Source: Thermoanaerobaculia bacterium
GTDB taxonomy: Bacteria; Acidobacteriota; Thermoanaerobaculia; UBA5066
DNA length: 33,873 nucleotides
Assembly (NCBI GenBank): GCA_038245905.1
Contig: JBBRRY010000036.1
Location: forward strand, 1-33,873
Direction of reading: 5' to 3'
Positions 15,375-22,689 of the stretch are shown here, in pieces (the stretch's first letter is position 1; every line of letters begins with the position of its first letter). Under the pieces are notes generated by a model, which worked only from the letters and a program-made list of their open reading frames with translations, made no database searches and was not told the DNA's origin. A program made the position numbers and the translations under genes.

Positions 15375-17753
15375 TCAGGCCAGAGCCGCCTGGCGCGAAT
15401 CCCGCGCGCGGCGCAGGAGAGCTACGAGACCGCCCGCCATCATCACGTAAAAGCCGCCCCAGACGAGGGAGATGAGCGGCTTGGTCGTGAGGTCGACCGT
15501 GAAGGTCTCGAGGGTCGCGGGCTTGAGATCGCTGCCGGCGGCGAGGCCGAGAATCTCGATCTCGCACGTGCCCTCGTTCGGCGACACCTTGCGGACCCTG
15601 AGGCGGCCCTTCCCGGGAAGCGGCGTTTCGGGCGACTCGGTCGCGGACTCGGCGGAGCCGCTGCCGAAATACATGACGAGCCGGGCGGTTTTCTCCTCGG
15701 ACGTCTCCGCGGTCGTCACGAGATAGTTCGCGTTCACGGTGACGCGGGGGCGGTCCGACGCGACCTGCGAACGGTCGGACGAGAAGTCGAGGAACTTCAC
15801 CTTCACGCCTTCGATCGTCTTCGACTCGCCCTTCTTGAGGGTGATCGTGGTGCCCTCGATGCGCGCGGGCTGGCCCGGGTCGTAGGCCTGCGGCGAGACG
15901 TAGAGGTCCATGAGCGGCGAGGACTTCACGTCGGGATTCGCCATCATCTGGTTCGTGCGCGTGTTCGTGTAGAGCTTGGGATACGCCTTCCAGACGGAGC
16001 CTCCGGGCGAGGAAACCTCGACCTCCATCGCCTGCTTGGCCCGGCGGTCGGCGAGGCTCATCGCGTTGAGCTCCTCGGGGCGTTTCACCTCACCGCTGTC
16101 CGTGACGAAGACGAGGCGCGTGAACGTCAGCGTGTTTTTCCCCACGGTGAGCGGCTGGCCCCGGAGGAGGTTCACGGTTGTCTTTTTCTCGTAGACGCCG
16201 GAGACAAGAATGCCGACGAGCATGATGGACATGCCCACGTGCGCGAGATAGCCGCCCATCGTCGTGATGGCCTTGCGCCTGACGAAGAGAACCGCGGTTT
16301 CTGCGTTTGCCACGAAGCCCGCGACGGCGAGTGAGAGGATCAGGAGATCCATGGCGCCGCGCACGCCGGCCGCGAAGAAGACTCCGATGCTGAGGAATCC
16401 CACGACCAGCGGGACGAGCGCTTTCCGGAGCACGTTTCGCCCGATCTCGCCCCGCCACGAGAGATAGGGGACGAGCATGATGAGAAGAGCGATGAGGACC
16501 GCGATCGGGCGGTGCGTCACGTTGTAGAAGCTCGTCGCGACCTGCGAGGGCTTGCCGAGGACGCGCGTCAGGATGGGCGCCGACGTGCCGAGAAGGATCA
16601 CGAGGCCCGAGGCGCTGAAGAGCGTCACGGAGAGGATGAAGAGGACCGAGCGCGAGAAGAACGGCTCCTCCTTTTCCTTGCCTGTCGCCTGATCGATGTC
16701 GTTGACGACCGGAATCTCCTTCCAGCGGAAGGCGAGAAGTCCCAGTCCGCCGACGAGGAAGACGACAATGATCCCGACGAGCCAGCCCGTGATCCCGAGG
16801 TCGATGAACGAATGCACGGAAAAATCCGCGAGGACTCCGGAGCGGGTGAGGAACGTCCCATAGAGGATGCAGCAGAAGGCGAGGATCGCGAGGATGATGT
16901 TGATCTTCCGGTGCTTGGCACGCGCCCTCTGGAGGTACATTCCGTGGACGAGCGCCACGGTCGCGAGCCACGGCACGAGGGATGTGTTCTCGACCGGGTC
17001 CCATCCCCAGTAGCCGCCCCACCCGAGCGTCTTGTAGGCCCAGTAGCCGCCCATCAGAATCGCCGTCCCGAGCGTCACGAACGTGAAGAGCGCCCAGGGC
17101 ATCGCGCGGACGACCCAGCCGTCCCAGCGTTTCATCCACAGCGCGGCGATCGCGAAAGCGAACGGCACCGAGAGCGAGGCGAATCCGGAGAACATGACCG
17201 GCGGGTGGATGACCATCCACGGGTCCTGCAGGAGGGGGTTCAGGCCCTGGCCGTCGGGCGGGATCTGGGCAAGGAACCGGAAGGGCGACTGCTTGACGAG
17301 GATCGCGACGATCCCGAGAAACGACGCGAGGTAGACCACCATCACGGGCGCTTCCTGCTCCTTTGCCGACTTCAGGACGAAGAGCCCGATGAGCGCGCCC
17401 CAGAAGAGCCAGAGAAGGAAGGAGCCTTCCTGTCCCGCCCAGAACGTGGAGAAGAGGTAGTAGAAGGGCAGATCGCGCCCCGAATACGACGCCACGTACG
17501 AGAGGCGGAAATCGTGCGCGATCAGGCGGGTCAGGAGGAGAAAGGACGCGAGCAGGATCGAAAAGACGTAGGCGTAGTAGAGGCGGCGGGCCAGGGAAAG
17601 AGAGGGATTTTCTGCGAATGGGAATAGGGCTGGGGAAGTCGCGGTGCGCATCGAATGCAGATAAGCGAGGGCGCAGGTGACGCCGAAGAGCATCGCCGCC
17701 CAGATTGCGAGCGTGCCCGGCGCGAAGCCGAGAAGTCCGGGGAGACTGTTCAT
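15375..17753 (-). CDS. ccmF: Cytochrome c heme lyase CcmF
   Basis: WAGQEGSFLLW, GLNPLLQ, IHPP, the WWD motif WAYKTLGWGGYWGWDPVEN, SVHSF and AHVG. Confidence 0.95.
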   Translation of the reverse strand: MNSLPGLLGFAPGTLAIWAAMLFGVTCALAYLHSMRTATSPALFPFAENPSLSLARRLYYAYVFSILLASFLLLTRLIAHDFRLSYVASYSGRDLPFYYLFSTFWAGQEGSFLLWLFWGALIGLFVLKSAKEQEAPVMVVYLASFLGIVAILVKQSPFRFLAQIPPDGQGLNPLLQDPWMVIHPPVMFSGFASLSVPFAFAIAALWMKRWDGWVVRAMPWALFTFVTLGTAILMGGYWAYKTLGWGGYWGWDPVENTSLVPWLATVALVHGMYLQRARAKHRKINIILAILAFCCILYGTFLTRSGVLADFSVHSFIDLGITGWLVGIIVVFLVGGLGLLAFRWKEIPVVNDIDQATGKEKEEPFFSRSVLFILSVTLFSASGLVILLGTSAPILTRVLGKPSQVATSFYNVTHRPIAVLIALLIMLVPYLSWRGEIGRNVLRKALVPLVVGFLSIGVFFAAGVRGAMDLLILSLAVAGFVANAETAVLFVRRKAITTMGGYLAHVGMSIMLVGILVSGVYEKKTTVNLLRGQPLTVGKNTLTFTRLVFVTDSGEVKRPEELNAMSLADRRAKQAMEVEVSSPGGSVWKAYPKLYTNTRTNQMMANPDVKSSPLMDLYVSPQAYDPGQPARIEGTTITLKKGESKTIEGVKVKFLDFSSDRSQVASDRPRVTVNANYLVTTAETSEEKTARLVMYFGSGSAESATESPETPLPGKGRLRVRKVSPNEGTCEIEILGLAAGSDLKPATLETFTVDLTTKPLISLVWGGFYVMMAGGLVALLRRARDSRQAALA

Positions 17754-17762
17754 GGGGCGACC

Positions 17763-18164
17763 TCAGGCCTTCTTGGCGGCGCCGTACTGCTTTTCGATTT
17801 CCTCGCCCTGGTACTTGGACGGGCACTTAACGAGAAGTTTCTCGGCGGCGAAAACGCCTTTGTCGTAACGGCCGATCGCGACGATCGAGACCGCGTCCTC
17901 GAAGTTAGCGGGTTTCACGTCCGTGTAGGAAACGGGGATCGACTCTTTCGTCTTTTCGTCGTAAAGCGTGAAGAGGAGCGTCTTCGTGGCCGTGTCGTAG
18001 CGCGAGGTGCCCTTCTCGAGCGCGCCCATCACCTGGACCGTGCGGGGGGCCCCCTTCGCCTCGGCGAACGAGACATACGGGGTCATCGAGCGCGAGAACG
18101 TGGACAGGCCGAGGGCGAGGAATCCGAGGACGAGAATCGCTCCGGCCCAGTAGGCGCGTTTCAT
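17763..18164 (-). CDS. ccmE: Heme chaperone CcmE, Cys-type (CxxxY)
   Basis: N-terminal TM, OB-fold-like body and LLVKCPSKY. Located within the ccm cluster. Confidence 0.92.
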   Translation of the reverse strand: MKRAYWAGAILVLGFLALGLSTFSRSMTPYVSFAEAKGAPRTVQVMGALEKGTSRYDTATKTLLFTLYDEKTKESIPVSYTDVKPANFEDAVSIVAIGRYDKGVFAAEKLLVKCPSKYQGEEIEKQYGAAKKA

Positions 18165-18168
18165 TGGG

Positions 18169-18288
18169 TTACTCCTGACGGGGCCGGGAGGCGGCCCCGA
18201 CCTTCCGGTCGAGGTAGACGAGGTAGCCGAAGATTCCGGCCCAGATCACGATGTTGACCGCCGCGACATAGCCGAGAGCGCCGCTCAT
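18169..18288 (-). CDS. ccmD: CcmD-like small membrane protein (39 aa; absent from the ORF track)
   Basis: Hand translation gives MSGALGYVAAVNIVIWAGIFGYLVYLDRKVGAASRPRQE*: one TM plus a charged tail. ATGA overlap with ccmC; lies between ccmC and ccmE. Confidence 0.85.
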   Translation of the reverse strand: MSGALGYVAAVNIVIWAGIFGYLVYLDRKVGAASRPRQE

Positions 18289-18947
18289 GCCGCCCTCTCG
18301 CGCACGATGCGGGATACGCGCCGGTCGAGATTCCACATCCAGTAGAACAGTGCCATGAAAGCCACCATCGAAGAGAAAAAGATGATTCGGATATCCATCG
18401 ACATTTCGACTTTGCCGCGGACGTTGATCACGGTGTCGGGGTGGAGCGACTGGTACATCCGGGGGACCGCGAACGTGAGGAACGGCACCGTCACAACCGC
18501 GACGAGGGCATAGGCCGCCGAGAGCGTCGCGCGGCGTTCAGGGTCCTCGAGCGCGCCCCGGAGGCCGAGGTACGCGCCGTACACGAGGAGGAGAAGGACG
18601 ATCGAGGTCTCGCGCGGGTCCCAGTTCCAGTACGAGTTCCACATGACGCGCGCGAAGATCGAGCCCGTCACGGTCGCAAGGACGCAGAAGAGGAACCCGA
18701 GCCGGGCGGCCGCGGAGGCCGCCTCGTCGTCCTCGATCCGGCGCGTCTTCAGGTACCTCCACGAGTACCAGGCCGCTACGAAAAAGGCGAGGGTCGAGAC
18801 CCAGGCCTGCGGGACGTGGAAAAAGACGATGCGCGAGGACTCGCCGACGAAGTTCTGGGCCGGCCGGGCGTAGAGGAACGCACCCCAGCAGATCGCCGCC
18901 ATCCCAAGGCCCAGGAGAGCCTTAAGCACTGATCCGAAGCTCTTCAC
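18285..18947 (-). CDS. ccmC: Heme exporter protein CcmC
   Basis: RIVFFHVPQAW, the WWD motif WNSYWNWDPRET and SLHP. Confidence 0.93.
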   Translation of the reverse strand: MKSFGSVLKALLGLGMAAICWGAFLYARPAQNFVGESSRIVFFHVPQAWVSTLAFFVAAWYSWRYLKTRRIEDDEAASAAARLGFLFCVLATVTGSIFARVMWNSYWNWDPRETSIVLLLLVYGAYLGLRGALEDPERRATLSAAYALVAVVTVPFLTFAVPRMYQSLHPDTVINVRGKVEMSMDIRIIFFSSMVAFMALFYWMWNLDRRVSRIVRERAA

Positions 18948-18954
18948 GGCTGGA

Positions 18955-18983
18955 ATGATAGTCCCCGGTCGAGAATCGTTCTC
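18955..18983 (-). promoter_or_regulatory. Putative internal ccmC promoter (TATCAT -10) with a palindromic operator GAGAA-N3-TTCTC
   Basis: TATCAT (18955-18960) lies 7 nt before the GTG at 18947. The palindrome at 18971-18983 sits at the -35 position within a relatively AT-rich gap. Confidence 0.45.
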
Positions 18984-19036
18984 TAAAGCAGGCGAATCAA
19001 TTCGGGGAGCCTTGTAAGGGGTTCCGGACGTTCGAT

Positions 19037-19735
19037 TTATTCCCGCCAGACGGCGTCGAAGAGGGCGAACGCGGCCGTCGTGACGACCCCGTCATAGGCC
19101 ACGAGAACACGCACGAAATCGACGCCAGCCTTGAAGTCCTCTTCGCGAGCCGCGATCTGTGTGCCGGAGACCGCCGCGATCAGAGGGGGAAGAAGCAGCG
19201 GGACCGAGAGGACGGCGAAGAGCGCGCCCTTGGCGGACGCCTTCGAGACGAGCGCCGCCGTGAACGTCGAGGCGCCCGCAAGGCCGAGACAACCGAACAC
19301 GAGGAGCACGACGAAGAGCGACGGGCACTTGATCTCGAAGGACATCAGGACGAGGAAGAGGGGGACGATGAACGCCGTGACCGCGAAGAGGAGGAGGATG
19401 TTCACGAGATACTTGCCGAGGAGGACCGCGGGCGGCGGCGCCGCAAGCCTGAGGGCCGAGGCGGTGCCGGCTTCCTCCTCCTTGACGAAGACGCGCGAGA
19501 GTCCCGTCATCGCCGAGAAGAAGATGACGATCCAGAGAAGGACGGAGTTCACGGTCGGCCGGTCCTCGGGCGCGAGGCGCGTCGGGCCGACCGCGTAGCC
19601 CACGAGGACGAGAACCGCGAACGCGAAGAGGAAGAGGGAGTTCACGGCGATGCGCGTGCGCCACTCGGCGAGGAGGTCCTTGCGGAGAACGGCGAGAGCG
19701 GCCCCGAGGAGGGGCGCGGGCGCACGGGCGCTCAT
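19037..19735 (-). CDS. ccmB: Heme exporter permease CcmB
   Basis: ATG 19735 overlaps the ccmA stop. LRKDLLAEWRTR, FVKEEEAGT and LSVPLLLPPL. About six TMs; 232 aa. Confidence 0.9.
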   Translation of the reverse strand: MSARAPAPLLGAALAVLRKDLLAEWRTRIAVNSLFLFAFAVLVLVGYAVGPTRLAPEDRPTVNSVLLWIVIFFSAMTGLSRVFVKEEEAGTASALRLAAPPPAVLLGKYLVNILLLFAVTAFIVPLFLVLMSFEIKCPSLFVVLLVFGCLGLAGASTFTAALVSKASAKGALFAVLSVPLLLPPLIAAVSGTQIAAREEDFKAGVDFVRVLVAYDGVVTTAAFALFDAVWRE

Positions 19736-20355
19736 AACGACAGGGTCTCGTCGGCTAGGCCGAGGTCCCGCGGGTCGTTCGAGGCGATGATCGCGATTCC
19801 GCGGGTGCGCTGGGCGGCGACGACCTTCTGGACGACGGCGCGTCCCGCCTCGTCGAGATTCGCGCCGGGCTCGTCGAGGAGGAGGACGCCGGGGTCGTGG
19901 AGCGTCGCGTACGCGAGCTTCACGCGCTGCCGCTGGCCCGTGGAAAGGAAAGAGAGGGATTTCTTTGAATGGGATTCGAGCGGCAGGCCGACGTCCTCGA
20001 GCAGCGCAAGCGTACGGCCGGGCGTCGGCACCAGTCCGCGGACTCTTTCGAAGAAATCCAGGTTCTCTTCGGCGGTCAACTCGCTGTAGAGCGCAAGGTC
20101 GGGTGCGCACCAGCCAAGCAGCGAATACGCGTCCCGAGGCTGCAGACCGCCCTCCGTCTCGTCGTTCTCGAAGAACCTCACACTCCCGCCGCTCGGGCGG
20201 ATCAGTCCGGCAAGGACCCTCAGGAGCGTCGTCTTGCCGCTCCCGTTCTCGCCGGCGACGCCAAGGACGCGCCCGTTCTCGAGTGAAAAGCTGAGAGGAC
20301 CGATGATCTTCCGCGTCCCGAACGAGCGGGAGAGGCCTTCCGCGACGAGCCGCAT
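19732..20355 (-). CDS. ccmA: Heme exporter ATP-binding protein CcmA
   Basis: MRLVAEGLSRSFG..., Walker A GENGSGKTT, LSTGQRQR and LLLDEP. Upstream of ccmB; 207 aa. Confidence 0.88.
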   Translation of the reverse strand: MRLVAEGLSRSFGTRKIIGPLSFSLENGRVLGVAGENGSGKTTLLRVLAGLIRPSGGSVRFFENDETEGGLQPRDAYSLLGWCAPDLALYSELTAEENLDFFERVRGLVPTPGRTLALLEDVGLPLESHSKKSLSFLSTGQRQRVKLAYATLHDPGVLLLDEPGANLDEAGRAVVQKVVAAQRTRGIAIIASNDPRDLGLADETLSL

Positions 20356-20379
20356 GCGGCAGAAGGATAATCCCTCCCT

Positions 20380-21042
20380 GTGCTGCCACGATTTCTCGGC
20401 GTCCTCGTCTTCCTCGCGATCACCGTTTACCGGTGCACGCTGCGACTGACGATCGTGGGCGAGGAGCATCGCCAGGCGATTCGCGCGAAAGGGAAGAAAC
20501 CGCTGCACGCGATCTGGCACCAGCGGATGGTCGGCGGGATCCTGGCGCACCGCGGCGAGGGGATCGTCACGATGGCGTCGAAGAGCGACGACGGCGAGAT
20601 CATCGCCACGTTCCTGAGGTATTGGGGATTCCGGGCCGCGCGCGGCTCCTCGTCGAGGGGCGGCGACGTCGCGACGGCTGACTTTCTCGAAGGGCTGAAG
20701 ACAGCCCCCGGCGGCGCGCTGACGCCGGACGGGCCGCGCGGCCCGGCACGGTGCTGCAAGCGGGGGATCCTGACGCTCGCCGAAGCGGGGAATGGGGTCG
20801 TCCTGCCGTCCTCGTCCTCCTCCTCCCGCCCGAGGTTCCTGGATTCGTGGGACCGCTTCCTCCTCCCGCTCCCGTTCTCCCGCTGCGTCGTCGTCTTCGG
20901 GCCGCCGCTCGAGCGTGCAGCCGGGGAGCCCGAAGACACGTTTCTCTCGCGCGCGGCGGCAGCGATCGACGCTGTCACCGACGAAGCCGACCGTCTCTGC
21001 GGAGTCGTAGGCGCTCCGCGGGAAAGGGTGAAGAACGCATGA
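20380..21042 (+). CDS. DUF374 / lysophospholipid acyltransferase-like protein
   Basis: AIWHQR, MASKSDDGE, RGSSSRGG, TPDGPRGP and SWDRFLLPLPFSR. Confidence 0.85.
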   Translation: MLPRFLGVLVFLAITVYRCTLRLTIVGEEHRQAIRAKGKKPLHAIWHQRMVGGILAHRGEGIVTMASKSDDGEIIATFLRYWGFRAARGSSSRGGDVATADFLEGLKTAPGGALTPDGPRGPARCCKRGILTLAEAGNGVVLPSSSSSSRPRFLDSWDRFLLPLPFSRCVVVFGPPLERAAGEPEDTFLSRAAAAIDAVTDEADRLCGVVGAPRERVKNA

Positions 21043-22031
21043 CGCTTCCCGTGACCCTCGACGACGTGAACGCATCCCGCGAACGGATCGCCGGCCGCGT
21101 CCACCGGACGCCGGTACTGACGTCGCGGCGCCTCGACGAACGGATCGGTGCGCGCCTCTTCTTCAAGTGCGAGACGTTCCAGCGCGTGGGCGCCTTCAAG
21201 GCGCGGGGCGCGTTCTCGCGGCTGACGCTTCTGACTGCGCCCGAGAAGAAGCGGGGGGTCGTGGCGTTTTCGTCCGGAAACCACGCGCAAGCCGTCGCGC
21301 TCGCGGCGAAGGAGCTTGGCCTCTCGGCGGTCATCGTCATGCCGCACGACGCGCCTGTGCTCAAGCTGGCGGCGACGCGGGGCTACGGCGCGGAGGTGCG
21401 CCTCTATGACCGGGCCGAAGAGAGCCGCGAGAAGATCGCGCAGGAATTCGTCGAGAAGGAGGGCCGGGTCCTCGTGCCGCCGTTCGACGACGTCGCGGTC
21501 ATCGCGGGGCAGGGCACGGCCGGGCTCGAGCTCCTCGAACAGGTGCCAGACCTCGACGCCGTCCTCATGCCGCTGGGGGGCGGGGGGCTTCTCTCGGGCG
21601 TCGCGGTGGTCGTGAAAGCGCTTCGGCCCAAGGCGCGCGTTTTCGGAGTCGAGCCTGCGGCGGGCGACGACTTCGTGCGCTCGCTCGCCGCGGGACATCC
21701 CGTCTCGATCCCCGTCCCCGAGACGATCGCGGACTGTCTTCAGACGACGAAGCCGGGCGTCCACACGTTCGCGATCGTGTCCGCGCTCGTCGAGAGCGTC
21801 GTCACCGTGAGCGACCTGGAGCTCCGGCGCGCGATGTCGCTCCTCTTCACGGCGATGAAACTCGTCGTCGAGCCGGGCGCGACCGCCGGTTTCGCGGGCG
21901 TCCTCTCGGGACGGGTGGCGGGTCTCGAGGGCGGGCGGGTTGGAGTCGTCCTGTCGGGCGGAAACGTCGACCCGGAGGCGTTCGGCCGGCTCGTGACCGG
22001 CCTCGGGCCGGATGAAGCCTGGAACGCCTAG
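21039..22031 (+). CDS. PLP-dependent threonine/serine dehydratase family (serine racemase / hydroxyaspartate ammonia-lyase-like)
   Basis: ATG 21039 (ATGA overlap). FKCETFQRVGAFKARGA, FSSGNHAQ, GGGGL and SGGN. No C-terminal ACT domain. Confidence 0.92.
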   Translation: MTLPVTLDDVNASRERIAGRVHRTPVLTSRRLDERIGARLFFKCETFQRVGAFKARGAFSRLTLLTAPEKKRGVVAFSSGNHAQAVALAAKELGLSAVIVMPHDAPVLKLAATRGYGAEVRLYDRAEESREKIAQEFVEKEGRVLVPPFDDVAVIAGQGTAGLELLEQVPDLDAVLMPLGGGGLLSGVAVVVKALRPKARVFGVEPAAGDDFVRSLAAGHPVSIPVPETIADCLQTTKPGVHTFAIVSALVESVVTVSDLELRRAMSLLFTAMKLVVEPGATAGFAGVLSGRVAGLEGGRVGVVLSGGNVDPEAFGRLVTGLGPDEAWNA

Positions 22032-22612
22032 AAGTACACGTTGACACCCGCCGCGAGGCGGATGTAGTCGGCCTTCGGCTGGTTGGGCAGCAACTTGATC
22101 GCCGCAACGTCGAGGAAGACGTAGCGTCCGTCGAGAAAGACGGACGTCCGGAAGCTGGTCCTCACGTCAACGCCCGCCCCGGCGTGGAGCGCGAAGAGGT
22201 TCTCGGCCGGGTAAGACGTGTCCGCGTTCGGTCCGACGCCCTTCGGCTTCGCCCATGTGTATCCGAGCCCGGCGAGCGCGTAGGGCTGTACCCGCCCGCT
22301 GTGGAGGAAGAACACGAGGAAAGACGCCGCGACCGGGAGCTCGTCGACCGTGAGGACGCGCACGCCGCCTTCCGTGAACGTGTCGCGCCGGTATCCGGCG
22401 GACACCTCGAGGCCGAGGCCGCCGGTGATGCGCAGTCGCGCGTGGACGCCGCCTGTCGCGCTGCCCGACTCCGCATTGCGCCCTTTCGCGTATCCCGCGT
22501 CCGCGCCGTAGCCCGTGCCCGGGTCGGAAAACGACTGTGCGCGCGCGGGAAGCGTCGCGGCGAGAGTGGCGACAAGAGCCGCGGCGAGGGGAATCCGGGC
22601 GAGCGGGCGCAT
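22028..22612 (-). CDS. Outer-membrane beta-barrel protein (OmpA/OmpW-like)
   Basis: Signal peptide ending PARA-QSF, amphipathic beta strands (VQPYALAGLGY, LHAGAGVDV) and a C-terminal VNVYF beta-signal. Start is 22612 or 22618. Confidence 0.85.
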   Translation of the reverse strand: MRPLARIPLAAALVATLAATLPARAQSFSDPGTGYGADAGYAKGRNAESGSATGGVHARLRITGGLGLEVSAGYRRDTFTEGGVRVLTVDELPVAASFLVFFLHSGRVQPYALAGLGYTWAKPKGVGPNADTSYPAENLFALHAGAGVDVRTSFRTSVFLDGRYVFLDVAAIKLLPNQPKADYIRLAAGVNVYF

Positions 22613-22689
22613 CGGCATGGGACTGTACCGCGCCCGCCGCCGGCCCGCAGCGACGCGCCAATCATGGAATCGCTCATAATCGTCCACCC

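Noticed and set aside
18961-19036. tRNA-like cloverleaf (several small hairpins and GTTCGA) between ccmB and ccmC
   Set aside because: There is no proper 7-bp acceptor stem, D-loop or T-stem geometry. A promoter/operator region explains it better.
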